Of a DNA stretch of 64,000 bases, positions 25,690 to 39,180 are shown piece by piece. The position numbers and the translations under genes are program-made. Location of the stretch: positions 44,642,001 to 44,706,000 of the forward strand of contig NC_087436.1 of the NCBI RefSeq assembly GCF_036321535.1. The letters are read 5' to 3'. The stretch is from Camelus dromedarius. Taxonomy: Eukaryota. Positions within the stretch are counted from its first letter, which is position 1, and every line of letters begins with the position of its first letter. Under the pieces are notes generated by a model, which worked only from the letters and a program-made list of their open reading frames with translations, was not told the origin of the DNA and ran no database searches.

Positions 25690-26350
25690 AGCTCTAATGC
25701 CCCCAGGGAGGAAGAGATGCCCCTTTTAGAGAGGAGGAGGAACTGAAAGCCCACCCCTTCCGGCCTAGAGTGGTCCCGAAAGAAGAAATGAAGAGGCAGG
25801 AGGAATTAATCAGGTGCTAGCATTCCATTCCCATTGCACCTTGGACTAATTTTGAAGGTGGATGCTGTTGAGCCATGTGAATAGGTGTGGGGCGATCTTG
25901 AGAACACTGAAGCTAGTGTCGATTCCCTAGGCGAATATGGGAAATGATTCAAGCTGCTGGAAGAAGCCCAACTCCAGTTTGGTACCACAACCAGCAGGGT
26001 GAATGATGAGGAGCAGAACATGGACAGTGGGAAGTGAGCCTGACAGAGGACTTCTGGCTCCCCGTGGCCTTTGGAAGGCTAACTGTGGTCCAGAAATCCC
26101 AGTGAGATTCCTTGAAGGGACATATCATTGTAAGGTTTGCTGGGGGACCAGCAGAAGCACGGTACATGGACAAAGAGGCCATGTGATTGGGGACTTTGAA
26201 ACGAGACTTGAGTAGTCAAGGCCACGAGCAGGAGGGGTTGGTAATAGCATGGAACACTAAGAGAGCAGATGGGACCAGTGTCTCCTTAATGTGCACCAGA
26301 GCAAGGGCAGGGAGAAATGAGCTGCAGAAGTTAGTACAGATAAAAGGCCA
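25690..26350. mobile_element. Probable ancient LTR-like repeat (unclassified)
   Basis: Sharp purine/GC-rich block within AT-rich DNA, with no recognisable protein in any frame. Confidence 0.3.
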
Positions 26351-28430
26351 TTGTGGGAAAAGGAAGTCTTTCTCCTCAACAACCAGAAAGTCATATAATT
26401 TTCCATCCACCCATATGTCATCTAGAGAGAATCTGAGGGAGAATAGAGAAATTCCAAAAACTAACTAAGAATTTTCCCCAAATGTACTGGATCTTTTGAA
26501 CTGACTTTTAAACTGGAAAAACCTGATTGTTATTAGCAATTTATCCCCATCTATCTATCTCTTTCAGCCCAGAAGCATGGGAAATAGTGAGGAAATTAGA
26601 TCACTTGAAGAAAATAAAGAAGTTATATTTATTTCCCATCTGTGGAGCAGAGTTTAAATATGCAGCCCTGATACATGCACGTGAATCTTTCAATCATCTG
26701 TGTGTGTGTGTGTAAAATAGAAACTAATAGAACCTTCCATCTTCACCTTGTCAAATATCACAGTCCTTCCTTGTCTCTAGTTTTGCCTATATGATCATAT
26801 ATTAAATGTGCCATAATGTGTTTAATCAGTCCTCTCTTATTACATATTTATATTACTTACATTTTTTGTTTTATAAATGTGAACATTCTAAAATCAGCAT
26901 TTTTCAAAAGCTAAATTAAGTGGTGATGTTTCATAATGTAAAAGAATTAGACGCATAAAAGCTTCTTACTGAAAATAATGATTGATCTCTTAGCATTGTG
27001 GTATAAATTCAAATTTCTATAGGATCCCACTATTACAGTGTCCTCCAAATCCTTGTCCAAGAATGCCTTAAAGGAAAACATCCTCTCAGAACTTTAGAAA
27101 GTATTCTTATTGAACAGGGTGCATAATAGACATGGATTATGGTGTCCTTCACCATGAGAGCAGAAATACTGTTCTACTAAAGACCCATTGTAGCAAAAAA
27201 AAAAGGGATGGGAAGTTGAAATTAAGGTGTAGGTTATTATCAGAAGAATGAAAGGGTAGTTGCTGTCAGTTCCAGTGAGAACAGTTAGGGCAATTCTTAG
27301 ATGAGATTTCTAATAGCTAAAAAAAAGGGGGGAGGAATGGATAATTCAGGGAAAACTTGTTTATACATACATCCTTTCTGCGCTTCAGTTTGAAAGAGGA
27401 GATGTCTCCTGCACACTTTTTTTTCTGCCTTTTCTTTCACTACATTGCGTATCAACTGTCTTAATTTGCCCCAGAGAGAGTCGGTGGCTGCCTGAGAAGC
27501 ACTGCTTTGATTCATGCACTTTAAATTCTCATTAAAGCGGGTATAAGTTTGGTTACGGCACGTTGCTCTGAAAGCAGTTGGGTTGGTGGGGGACAAGGAG
27601 AGAGTGTGTAGAAGAAACAACTGGTTCATATTCTGGGAACACTGCCAGCGTTTGATTCAAAACCAGAACAAGTGCTGGCTGTCAGCTGAATCTGTGCTTA
27701 AAATAAAAGAAGGCCCATAAGAGCCTAGATTAACAGGAAGGAGGAACAATCTAATGCAGAAATCTTAGTACAAGTAGCTGAAAATGGTGGGTGCTATCCC
27801 TGCATATTTTGTGGCTTTTAGTATGACTGCAGATGACTTAGCTGGTCAAATAGGATGCAGGAGCCCCCTACCCCAAATGCCCTATGAAATATTTCGTTAA
27901 TGGTCTTTATGAAAACTGTAAATTTATGAAAACCAAGAAGGATCACAAATAAAATTATTATGAAACACGTAAAGCAAATTCAGAATGAGTGCCAAGCCAC
28001 ATCTCATAGGCCTTCACTGCATACAAAATTGATGAATTTTGTTATTGATGGATTGTAATTGGTGAATTTTGGCGGCCAGTAACTACATTTTAAAATTTGG
28101 CTATAACCTGATTAATTCTGATATTTGAGGATTAAGTCATGAGCTGGGCTCAGGTTTGCTTCAGTAAGAAATTGGTTTGCTCCACCAACTAATTTTATTG
28201 TAAGTAAGTCTGTAAAGAGAATGATTAATTCATTCACACAAGAGGACAATAAATTATTTTTAACATTTTATATAGCAGGTATATAAAATTGAGATGATAA
28301 TTACAAATCATTATATGGATGCATGAAAATGGGCACACAGGAACATGTGGCTGACCATATCTTGCTAGATTATTTTGGGTTGTTGAGTATATATAACTGG
28401 AAATAATAGATAAGCATTTCTTTCACAATA

Positions 28431-28730
28431 TTTTTATTGAGATAGAACTAACATATCACATTATATTAGTTTCAGGTGTGTAACATAAAGATTCATTATG
28501 TGCATCCATTGTGAAATGTTCAGCACAGTAAGTACAGTTAACATCCATCACCACACATAGTTACAAAGTTTTTTCTCGTGGTTAGACTTTTTAGGATTTA
28601 TTCTTCTAATACCTTTCAAATACATACTACAGCATTATTAACTAAAGTCTCCATTCTGTGTATTACATCCCTAGGACTTTCTGTTTTGTTACCAGAAGTT
28701 TGTACTTTTGGACCACCTTCACCCATTTCT
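28431..28730 (-). mobile_element. LINE-1 3'UTR fragment (L1MA9-like)
   Basis: TTTTTATTGAGATA..ATTATATTAGTTTCAGGTGT..GTTAACATCCATCACCACACATAGTTAC..GAAGTTTGTAC..GACCACCTTCACCCATTTC. Confidence 0.8.
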
Positions 28731-28969
28731 TTAAAATATTATGTAAATCAAGTTCTCTGATTCAGATTGTCTCCCCAACTAAGTCCCAGCTACTAAAGAT
28801 TTACAATGTCAGTTAAAAGATACCGGCATTATTTGATTTCACAGATCTTCAGTGGGACAGCGAAGAGAAACTACTGTGAGCCCTTGATTGTTACAGAAAG
28901 CAAGGAGTAGAGTCCACCCTTCCTGCTTTTCAGGGTCATATTCAGTGATTCACATATTCAGTGATTCAA

Positions 28970-29330
28970 ACGAGCTTGTGGATGGGTGCGAAATCCCACA
29001 CAAATCAGCCATCACAAAGTTGACCAAGAAGCAGAATTGCTTTGTACTGTTCTGCTTTAAATAAATACAGATAATTAAATAAACCTTTGCAGCAGTAGAA
29101 TAAAGCATAAAGCCAAACTTTGCCCAGCCGAAGGCTGCCTTGGCCACTAGCCAGAAGCCAGAGGGCCAGGGCTAATTTGCATAAAATTGAACAGATTGCT
29201 GCAGCTGCCGTCCTTATTAATACCAAAGCGTAATCATAATCAGGGGACATTCCATCCACAGCAGAGCCACCTCCTGTGCAGTGCCACCCATTGCTTTGTG
29301 GGACCTACAGGCGCTGATACGTGATCCCAC
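28970..29330. promoter_or_regulatory. Candidate conserved enhancer
   Basis: Repeat-free block with octamer ATTTGCAT (29175-29182, in TAATTTGCATAA), multiple TAAT/ATTA cores, forkhead-like TAAATAAAC and several retained CpGs. Conservation not verified. Confidence 0.4.
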
Positions 29331-31699
29331 TTTGAAGAGAGAAGCTATTTCTAAAAAAACAAAACCAAACAAAACTTTTTTTCACTTTGTTAAAAAAAAA
29401 ATCCCCAGCTCTTTCACTGAGTAGACTTACCAAGTACCTTGGTCCTTTGACTTCTCAATGTAAAACACCACAGATATTTCTGTGTATTGTCATGACTTGG
29501 CTAAAATTGGTGTGTGGAAATGAGTGAAACCGTTGATTGCAAATTTGCTTCAAAGAGATTGTGGTGAACTTTTCACAACTTCATTTTATTTGCACGTCTG
29601 CAAAATATTATTTATGATACAGTGACTGCCACCAGTTGCTGATGATGTCACACTTGGCTTTTTACTTTCTGTCACCCTGATTTCAACTGCGGGAAACTCC
29701 ACACAGCAGTGAAAGGCAGTGAGATGTCAGAAAGCATGTGCTATGACTTATCACGCCCCCAACATGCTGAGAACACAGACACTATGTAATGCCTGATAGA
29801 AAGCCTTTGCATCAGGGTATCAACAGCTCTCTTTGTCAGTACCACCAAATGAACTGGAAGATCGCTGTTCTACAGTTTCTCAGTCAGGAGGGCTGTCAGC
29901 AGCTTCGTGAAAGCTATGTGGGGAAAACAAACCCTTGGCCCACAGAAAGGTGACGTAACAGACAAGCAGCACTGGCAAGGATGGGGTGGATTAAATTAAA
30001 AACCTATCATATTTGCTAGCTAACTGTGGATGACAGTGTTGGAGTGTACGATAAAAAGCTTTTATGGTGCTCTGAAAATCCCATGAGTTTACCACACGCG
30101 AATACATCTTGAGCTCATCTATCGGTTTGGAACACAGTAGAAATAGTGTTGGGTTTTTCTGATCATACAATGTGCATCGAAATAGGAAAAGAAACTCAAA
30201 ATACCTGTTTAGCACCAAATTTTGTTGGTAAATTTTAAAATTTAGTATACATCCTTTCCCTACCCCTATTATTCAAGCATGTTTGATTTTCTGTTTAGGA
30301 TTATATATTCATCACCACAGAATTCCCAGTGTGCAGAGGGTGATATCTCTATGCTAATTCCTAAACCAAGGATTAGGGATTTTTTTTTCAGTCATTCTCA
30401 GATAAATGATTAAAATATAAATATATAATCCATATCTTATTAGAGAGATAAAGTATGTAGTTTTTTTCTCTTCCCACTCAACATCATTCTTTGTCTTCTA
30501 TTATCTGTATGAGACTAATTCTTAAATTTCCATCTCTAGTTCTAAATTCTATTTTTTATTCTTCATGCATGTTTCTATTTTAGAAATGCAGGATGATCTC
30601 CCTTGAGTTCCGATACCATCTCTATTTTCTAAGTTTTTGCCTTAATCTATTTAAGCTTGTCTGTATGTTCATGGTCCTTGTTCTGGGCATCAGCGAAAAT
30701 GAGCTCAAATACTGTATCTGCACTTACAGTCACGTGCTTCTCTTTGATGTGCTTCTGACTTGATAACACCTCTCTTGTGCCCACTTCTCTTTGGGTTCAT
30801 CAGCTTGAACTTCGAAGCTTAAACTCCAATCTAAAGACTATAGGATATGCTTACACATTTGGCTTTTCCCTTCCCAGGTGCCTGTGGGGTAGAGAACGCA
30901 TAGTTTTAGCTCAGATCAGGACTTCTAACTCAATCAAATTCCCTTGGATTTTAAGGGAAGGCTCTTATGATACCTAAAGAGAAGGAACACTGATCTACAG
31001 AAGGTCTAGCAACTGTTAAGCCACAGTATTGGGATTGGAATTTCGTTCTGATGTTTTTTTTTAGAAGGTATTAAAAGGCTCTTATAGCCATTTATCAGTG
31101 TGACTTTATTCACTTCTTTGGGTCTGCTCTTGATCTTGCTTGGTTGCACTTTCTATTCTAATTCTCCCTTTGGAACTATGTGCAGTTAAAACGAGACAAA
31201 CTTGGGATAATTTCCACTTGGGACAAGTTCCCACTCTGAGACCTTTGAAGGATGACTCCGAACAAAAGTATATCATGTGAGCAATTTAAGCTTGTGGTTA
31301 ATGTAGGCAAACATAGAGAATCCCATTGGTTCCCACAAGTCCTACAGCAATTTTTCATATAAATGTTAATCTGATCCAGTAACCAGTAACACCTTTAGTT
31401 GGCTTTTTGTTGTTGTTGTTTCCTTACCTCTATCAGACAACTTGAGAGTGTGATGGAAATCATGCCTAGTGGTCTCTACAGATTCAAAGAACTGGTAATT
31501 CTCATACTAGCCATGGTCATCAGCGCTAGATGATCTCTTGATCATCACCAGGTCAGGGTGGTGTTCTGCTTAAGCCTCCCCTTAAATACCGTCTACTTTT
31601 CTCCACACCAATCACACTAACGAACTTATGAGAATGGATTCCAGTCTTCCAGATGACCATGTAAGTCATCTTTCTCTTCTGCCCTTTCTTCAACTTCTG

Positions 31700-32135
31700 T
31701 ACCCATGGAAGCACTGTCGATTCTGTTTATGCAGTTTGATCATTACCTAATTTTTCATCTGGATTATTGGAATAGACTCGTAATTATTCCTCTCGCCTCC
31801 AATCCATCTTCTGAAAAATGTAACCTTTCACTAAGAATAGGATATTCTCCCTAAAATGCAAATTTTCACACTTGCCAAGTCAGAGACCCTTGAACTGCTA
31901 CTAACAGTATTAATTTTGAAGTCCTTGGGATGGTAGTCAGGCAAATATGTGACCTGGTTTTAGCCTACTTTTTCAGCACAAACTTACCTTTTTTGTGACC
32001 TGTGTTCCAGACTTCAGAAAGTGAGGCTGTTTGCTATTATCTGACATAACTGTGTCTCTTCCCCTCAGCTTAGTAACTTCCTTCTTCCTAGTTGTCAACA
32101 TTTTTGAATGTTTGTTTTCCTAGCATTAATCACTG
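31700..32135 (+). mobile_element. LINE-2 fragment
   Basis: TCATCTGGATTATTGGAATAGACTCGTAAT..CCTCCAATCCATCTT. Confidence 0.55.
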
Positions 32136-32141
32136 CCTTAA

Positions 32142-32225
32142 TTTTTTTTTAATTGAAATATAGTCAGTTTACAATGTTGTGTCAATTTCTGGTGTACAAC
32201 ATAGTAGTTTAGTCATACATATACA
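32142..32225 (-). mobile_element. L1 extreme 3' tip
   Basis: Poly(T)-AATTGAAATATAGTCAGTTTACAATGTTGTGTCAATTTCTGGTGTACA. Confidence 0.85.
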
Positions 32226-32513
32226 AGCTATAGCTCAGAGGTCCTGGGTTCAATCCCCAGTACCTCCATTAAAAAAAAAAAAAGGAAGCGGGGAGGGTAT
32301 AGCTCAGTGATAAAGCATGCGCTTAGCATGCATGAAGTCCTGGATTAGCATACATAAGGTCCTGGGTTCAATCCCCCATTACCTCCATAAAAAAAATAAA
32401 ATAAAATAAAAATATTAAACCTAATTACCTCCCCCCTCAAAAAAAAAAAAGAAGAAAAGAAAAAAAGAAAAGAATTAAAAATATATAAAATAAAAATAAA
32501 ATTTATTTAAAAA
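32226..32513 (+). mobile_element. Two tandem Vic-type SINE units
   Basis: Internally deleted unit 32226-32283 with A-tail, then a full unit from ~32289 with an internal duplication and AACCTAATTACCTCCCCCC-A-rich tail. Confidence 0.88.
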
Positions 32514-35500
32514 GTGAGTTGTCAAAATTTATTAAATATAAATGTCACCCAGTGTAGGCATTCCAGATCCCTCCCTGATTTTATAATTAATCATTCTCTT
32601 ATGTGCTAAACTTAGAGCTGTACGTTCAGGGCAGGTTTTGTACTCAAAGTTACACGGTCTAAACTCTCAGTCTGCAAGTGAGAGGACGTTTTGGAAATAC
32701 TTGGTTGTTGAGATCAGACAACTCACAGTTCACAGCACTAATCTGCACTTATCATGTCATCATTTATGGAAAAGTTAAATAACCGTAAAGTTGAAATTCA
32801 CTTTAATGCCCCTGCGTGTATTTCATTCACTCACTAGTTCCCACTGCATGACTTTGGGCTTTAAGTCACTCCCATTCCACAGAGTCTCTCCATTTATGTC
32901 TGAGAGTTCATGGCGGTGCAGGAGTGGGGGGGAGCTCTGTGTGCTCCTTTGCACACTTAGACCTTTAAGCTCTTCTGTCTTTCCACCAAGTTTCTGCAGC
33001 AGATGTACCATGTTGGCTTATTAACAGGTCTATTGTACTTAATCTCTGAGAAAACCAAGTGTAGGGCTTCCCCACTATCTGTAGCATATCCCATTTGGAC
33101 CCACTGACTGGACAGAATCACAATATTCTGAGGTAAAAGGAAATTATCAGAAAACACTGAATTTCCCTAAGTTTGGATTACATCTTTATATCTCTGCTTT
33201 GAAGCAACATTACTTTCATCCGAACTTTCTACAGCTCTCTTGAAAATATTTCCTTTAGCTTCTTCCTATATTCTTCACCTCCACAAGGACTCAAAATCAG
33301 CCCATGGTATCAACATGTAATCAACAAGGAAGCTACTTTCTATTGCTTTCATTTTTTTTCTGTCTCCTAGGCATTTGTGTATCAATGTTTCTGTCACTCC
33401 CCTCCAGTCAGAAAATAAGCCCTCAAGCATATCAACTCATGCAGGTAGAGTGTCATAGCTGGGCATGTTTCTTTGGAGAATGAGTGTTTCAGACATGGTC
33501 TCCTCCACAAAACTGCTGGCTGAGTGTAGGTCATGACCATGTCATAGTCACCTTTGTACTCCCCAAGGCATCCTGGGAATGAGTGGCAGATAGTTGGAGC
33601 TGAACAAATATTTGTAGTTTGAATGAGGAACAAATGAAACAATATTCTAGATTCTAAAGGTAGGTGATCTAATACAGAGCATTGGATTATCTCCTAGGAA
33701 TAATGCAATGTTTTAAATTAAATAGGTTTTGTTAAGTAACCACATATAAAACTAGAGTACTCCTACAAAAAAAAGGCAGACGTTAACTAAGTGGTAAGTG
33801 CCCTAGAATAACATTTTTCATCAATCTGGTTTGTTCTTTGATTTAACTATGACTTAATAAATTCCAATCCTTCTATCTGTGTAAAATGAATCCGAAATAT
33901 TAAATATAACATTAGTCCTTTGGGGATAGATTCCCAGTCTAAAATAGCCTCACAATCCATTTCTTCTATATATTATTTTGCCTTGATTTCTTTTTCTCTT
34001 TTAAAGTCTTTTTCCCCCTTTTCTTTTAATGTCATTTCTCTCTTTTAATGTCACTTGTGGTCCTTTCTGCATCAAGAACAGTGTTGGGAATGAACTTGCC
34101 AAATGTTTCCCACTCTATGATTTAAAATACATATTTTTTTAAACAAGAAAGGTGGTGCCTGTGTTATATAGTTATAAATTTGCACCTGCTAGCCCCTCAA
34201 CTGTCTCGAAAAAAGTAAGTAAATCCGCATAAGGCCCTTTCTTCCATCTCTTCATTCACTTTAAATGAGGACAAGAACTTGGTAAGCATTCTGTGGCTCA
34301 CCATACCTCGCTGAATGCCAAATGGGGCCTCTGGCTCAAGTCAACATTTCCTTCTATTAAAAAGGTGAACTGCAAAGTCGATTCTGAAAAGTTAATCCTT
34401 ATAATTTAAGCCCTTATTTGTTCCACATGAGCTCACTTCCAGATTGTTACTGAAACAAATTTTCTTTTATTTGTGTATTCAAATAAGTATGATTCACTTA
34501 AAAAGCAGACCCACTGAACCACATTTGCATATCCTAATTAGTTTAGCCTGTTCATTTTCCATTCCCATGTTTTTCAAATAAATGCTTTTGAAGAAGAGTA
34601 AAACTTAACTAACATCTGAGGCTGCAAGTTCACAAAAAGAAAAAAAACTGAAGCACTGACATACATATTAGCTAAAAAAAGGCAAGAATTTCAATGTGTG
34701 GCACAGAGGATGTGGATTTGATTCTTGTTTCATAATGGGGGCTTGATTTGTGTTTAGTATGTCCCAGGATGTGGGTGGCTTCAAGGCCTGCTCATTTGTG
34801 TATTTGTATAACCAACACAGAGTAGAACTTGCAGTAATATTCAGAGACTCTAATGCATATTAAGAATTTATTGATTTTTGAAGACTATTATTTTATAGTC
34901 TAAAATATGCTAAAGATAAAAAGTGAAGACAGATTAGCAAGAAACTGCTACGGGAGAAAGCTGTCCACCAAAAGGAAATACCAACTTTTGAAACCTTTTT
35001 TCACAAACATAGGTACACATTTTATATCGTATGGAAATACAAGCCATTGATTTGGAAGAAATTTCTCTACATGGAACATGATCCGTGATTGGCTTTCAAT
35101 GAAGGGAAGAGGAGGGAAAATAGGATTCCATGTCACAAGCATGGTTTCAAATACACAATTATCTGCCTAAATTGATTTCTAAATCCCAGTTATTCCTACA
35201 AATTAGAAAAACACGAAGTAGAATGATGTCACTTTCATGTCTCAATCCTGTTACACAGTATCGTGTTGCTGAACTCTGCTGAGATGCATATGTGGGTGTT
35301 CGCTGGTAATTTTGGAAGTTGTTGTGATTTAAACCCACCCACTTAGCACTCTTATACCACCTTCCCCGTACTTATAAGAAGTAAGGGAAACATACTCCTT
35401 ATCTTTTCATTCTAGTCCAAGTCATAGATCAAATCTGGGGACCTACTGTTCACATATTTCTTTCCACTCACTAATACTGCATCTTTGGATTTGAGTAATT

Positions 35501-37102
35501 ATTTAATTGAATGCATCTATTTAATCTGAAATAGTTAATAATACTTTCATAATACTTGATTCCAGAAAGCAGTTGTTCCTAGAAAGTTATACTACGTTCG
35601 CCCTCATTTAAAAGACAAAAGCAGGAAAATCATTGTAAAAATGCCACAAGAGCTACTCTGTATTGAATATTTTATTGTTCTATTGACTATTTTAAATTGT
35701 AAAGGTAGTCAACAAATGAAATCAGTAACACAGATTGAATATCATACAGTGTCTGAGGTATTAAGGATGAAAACCTCTGAGTTACATAACCCCGGGGTGT
35801 CCTTGCCCACAGGAACACTTTGCTATTCTACTTCCGAGACTGCACAGGCTACTTACTACATTCAGAAGAGCAATTCTACTAAATAGAAAGAGTAATCTTG
35901 GCTTTGGGAGACAAAAAGGAAGGTTTGAGCCTAGAGAAGTCTCACTCTCCCTTTGGATCAGGGTAAATCGAATAGACTCAGCATTCATAGGAAACCGTCT
36001 AGAGTTAGATTCATAAACAAGTCACATAATACTTATGCAGTGAAACATTTTTTTCACAGTCAAAATCAAAACTACCTGAAAAATACACAAAGCGATATTT
36101 TGTCTTGTTCGTACAAGTCTACTCTCATATTTTATTTTCTGTACTAAAATGTCAAAAAAAAAAAAAAAAGAGAGAGAGACCCCCAACTCCAACAAACGTA
36201 TGAGGTTTAGTATAAAATGGATGACATGTTTAAAGTGGTGTCATAGCCACACATTTCTTATTTTATTTGCGTTTCCTAGAACTAGAGGAATGTTGAAAAA
36301 ATCTGTGAGTTAGCTAAGAGGGTACAAATGGAAGAGTATCTGTGCTCCAGCTGAAAAAGTATCAGCGGTGTCATGTCGGAGACGGTTTCCAACTCTCTGT
36401 TGCTTTCTTGTGTGAAAAATGACGTTGAGGTGCTTGGCAGTTCTTGTCAACAATGTGTCCGGGCGGTGACTGTACGATGCTGTGGCAGCAACGCTTTCAA
36501 ACAAAAACACCAGAACCTGTGAAGTATGTGTCTGTGATTAGTACCTGATGCTGAGCACCATGGGTGCCCCAGCTCATGTTTTTAATGGATGATCTTCTTT
36601 ATAAAGCTAATGAGGCATCCTTCTCTGTTCATCACATTGATGTTGAAAAGATCATATGGCTGCAATCAGTTCTTAAGCATGAAAAAGTTTGTTTCTTCCC
36701 TTTCCAGATCCATCCACAAAGAAACACATGAAATGCCATTTTTGCCTGGCTGTAGACATCAACTTTCACAACAAACATACATAATATACACAGATTGGTG
36801 AGCATAGCAGAAATGCTTAGAGTTCCCTGATTCAAAATAGCAAGAAATCCAACACTTCACTGCTACAACTTAGAATCCTTCCAGAAACATTATAAATTTT
36901 TAAAAGACAAACTGTAATCTGTCATAATAGCTTCTCTTAAATTTATTTTCCAAAGGAATAGCAGATGCATCCTTCCCATTGTACTCCCAAACCTATATGC
37001 CCTAATTGTAAAATTCTAGTTACAAGAACATGTACTTTGGTTCCATGAAAAGCATATTGAGTTATGGCACATTCACATGGTACTTACCTGATTGGCAGTC
37101 TT

Positions 37103-37207
37103 TTTTTTTAGGTTTATTTGTTTTTTAAATGGAAATACTGGGGATTGAACATAAGACCTCATGCATGCTAAGCAGGTGCTCTACCACGGAGCTATACCCT
37201 ACCCCCG
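37103..37207 (-). mobile_element. tRNA-derived SINE (Vic-type) with perfect 14-bp TSD
   Basis: Reverse complement GGGTATAGCTCCGTGGTAGAGC...GTTCAATCCCCAGTA. TSD TGATTGGCAGTCTT at 37089-37102 and 37208-37221. Confidence 0.93.
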
Positions 37208-37914
37208 TGATTGGCAGTCTTGATTGCGTTTCTCAATAAATAATGTGGCTCTTAAGAAAGACTGTGTTACCTGGTAAAACCATTTATAAAAAGAACAGCT
37301 GATGTATAAAGCATGAAGAGGAAACTCAAGTGAAAAACTTTTATCAGTGTTTGAACTGTAGTTGTATGTATGAGTACATGTGTGTCTGCGTGTGTATGTA
37401 TGATTGGAGCTAAGTAGATGATATATTAAGTTTGTAGGCTCTGTATTTTTTTACACACCATATTTAGTAGCGCTTGTATGAACACTGACAAGAAATAGAG
37501 AATGATACGAATTTCAAGATATTAAAAAGGCAGTACTTTTTATTTCAATGAGAGGCAGCATTTCTTGACAGAAAGTGCTAACTCTAATTTCTGGGGAATA
37601 CAAAAATTAAACAAACAAAAATATACATATCTTTCCCCAAAGAACTTAACAATCCATCAGAAGAAGCAAATGTGTATAGAAACAGTTATTAAAAGTCATG
37701 TTCTCATCTTTGCTCAGCCTGTTCTAAAACTCAAAGTCAAATTTGTGTCTGTCAATGGGAAACAGACAGGATTTGAGGGCTTGATCTCCACCTCTTGCTT
37801 CTTTTTATTTTTCTTCCACTTCAGATTCTTTATTTTATAATGTTTTGTTTTGACATGTTTCTGTGAGCTATCTTTACTCCTCTTTGAATCAAGAAACAAA
37901 ATCAAGACTTAAAA

Positions 37915-38498
37915 AACTAAAAATAGTTTTACCATATGATCCAGCAGTCCCACTCCTGGGCATTTATCTGGAGGAAACTCTAATTTGAAAAGATACATGC
38001 ACCTCAGTGTTCATAGCAGCACTACTTACAATAGCCAAGAAGTGGAAACAACCTAAGTGTCCATTGAAAATGACTGGTTAAAGAAGTTGTAGTATAAATA
38101 TAGAATGGAATACTACTCAGCCATAAAAAAGAATAAAATAATGCCATTTTCAGCAACATGGATAGACCTGGAGATTGTCATTATAAGTGAAGTAAGTCAG
38201 AAAGAGAAGTAAAAATACCACATGATATCACTTATGTATGGAATCTTAAAAAAAAGATACAAATGAACTTATTTACAAAACAGAAACAGATTCACAGACA
38301 TAGAAAACAAATTTATGGTTACCAGTGAGAAAGGAGGGAGGAGATGGAGGGATAAATTAGGAGTTTTGGATTTGCAGATACTAACTACTATATAGAAAAT
38401 AAATAAACAACAATTTCATACTGTATAGTACAGGGAACTGTATTCAATATATTATAGTAACCTATAATGAAAATGAAAAAGAATACAAAAAGGAAAAA
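37915..38498 (+). mobile_element. 5'-truncated LINE-1 3' fragment ending early in the 3'UTR
   Basis: CCATATGATCCAGCAGTCCCACTCCTGGG...GGAATACTACTCAGCCATAAAAAAGAA. Direct repeat AAGACTTAAAA at 37904-37914 and 38499-38509. Confidence 0.9.
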
Positions 38499-38519
38499 AA
38501 GACTTAAAATATGTAGGGG

Positions 38520-39180
38520 ATTATTAAATATAAAACTCACATAATTAAATCCATGTTTTAGGAGGATGATTCCAGCAGCACTGGGGAATATGGACTGGGA
38601 GGGGGAGACAGGATACATCTAGGATGCTATTGTTATGGTCCCAGATGAAAGACAATGAGGACCTAATCCAGGGCAAGGGCAATGAAACAAGGGTGGAGGG
38701 GGCACACTTGAGGGACATTTGGAAAGTAGTGTCTGCAAAGCTTGCTGACCATTTGCACATATAACATACAAGAGAAGGAAAAGCGAGACATCAAAGATAT
38801 CCACTGAGTTTTTCTAAGTATCTTGGCAAATATTATCATCTAAGAATAGACAAGGAACTCTAGAGGAGGAGGCAAGGGTGGAGAGCCCAGCAAGATAAAG
38901 AGCTCATTTTCAGACAGTGGAATGTGAGTGCTCACACGATCTTGAGGTAGGGGTATCTAAAAACAGTTGGAAATCCAGATTAATAGGTTCGGAATATAGT
39001 TAAGGACCCACAGAGAGGTTTCCATCAACAGAGAAGAAAAAGAAACTGAAACAGAATCCTGAAGACAAGAGCAACATTTAAGAGCGTGCCAGAAGAAGAG
39101 GTGATAGTGAAAAAGTCCTAGAAACAGGTGTAAATACAGTGAACAAAGGAAAGATGCATCAACAGGAGAAAGACTTGGAC
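38520..39180 (-). mobile_element. LINE-2 fragment
   Basis: CCATGTTTTAGGAGGATGATTCCAGCAGCA..GGATGCTATTGTTATGGTCCCAGATGAAAGA. Confidence 0.7.

Noticed and set aside
36551..36570. Partial REST/RE1-like motif (TGAGCACCATGG)
   Set aside because: The right half-site GGACAG is absent.
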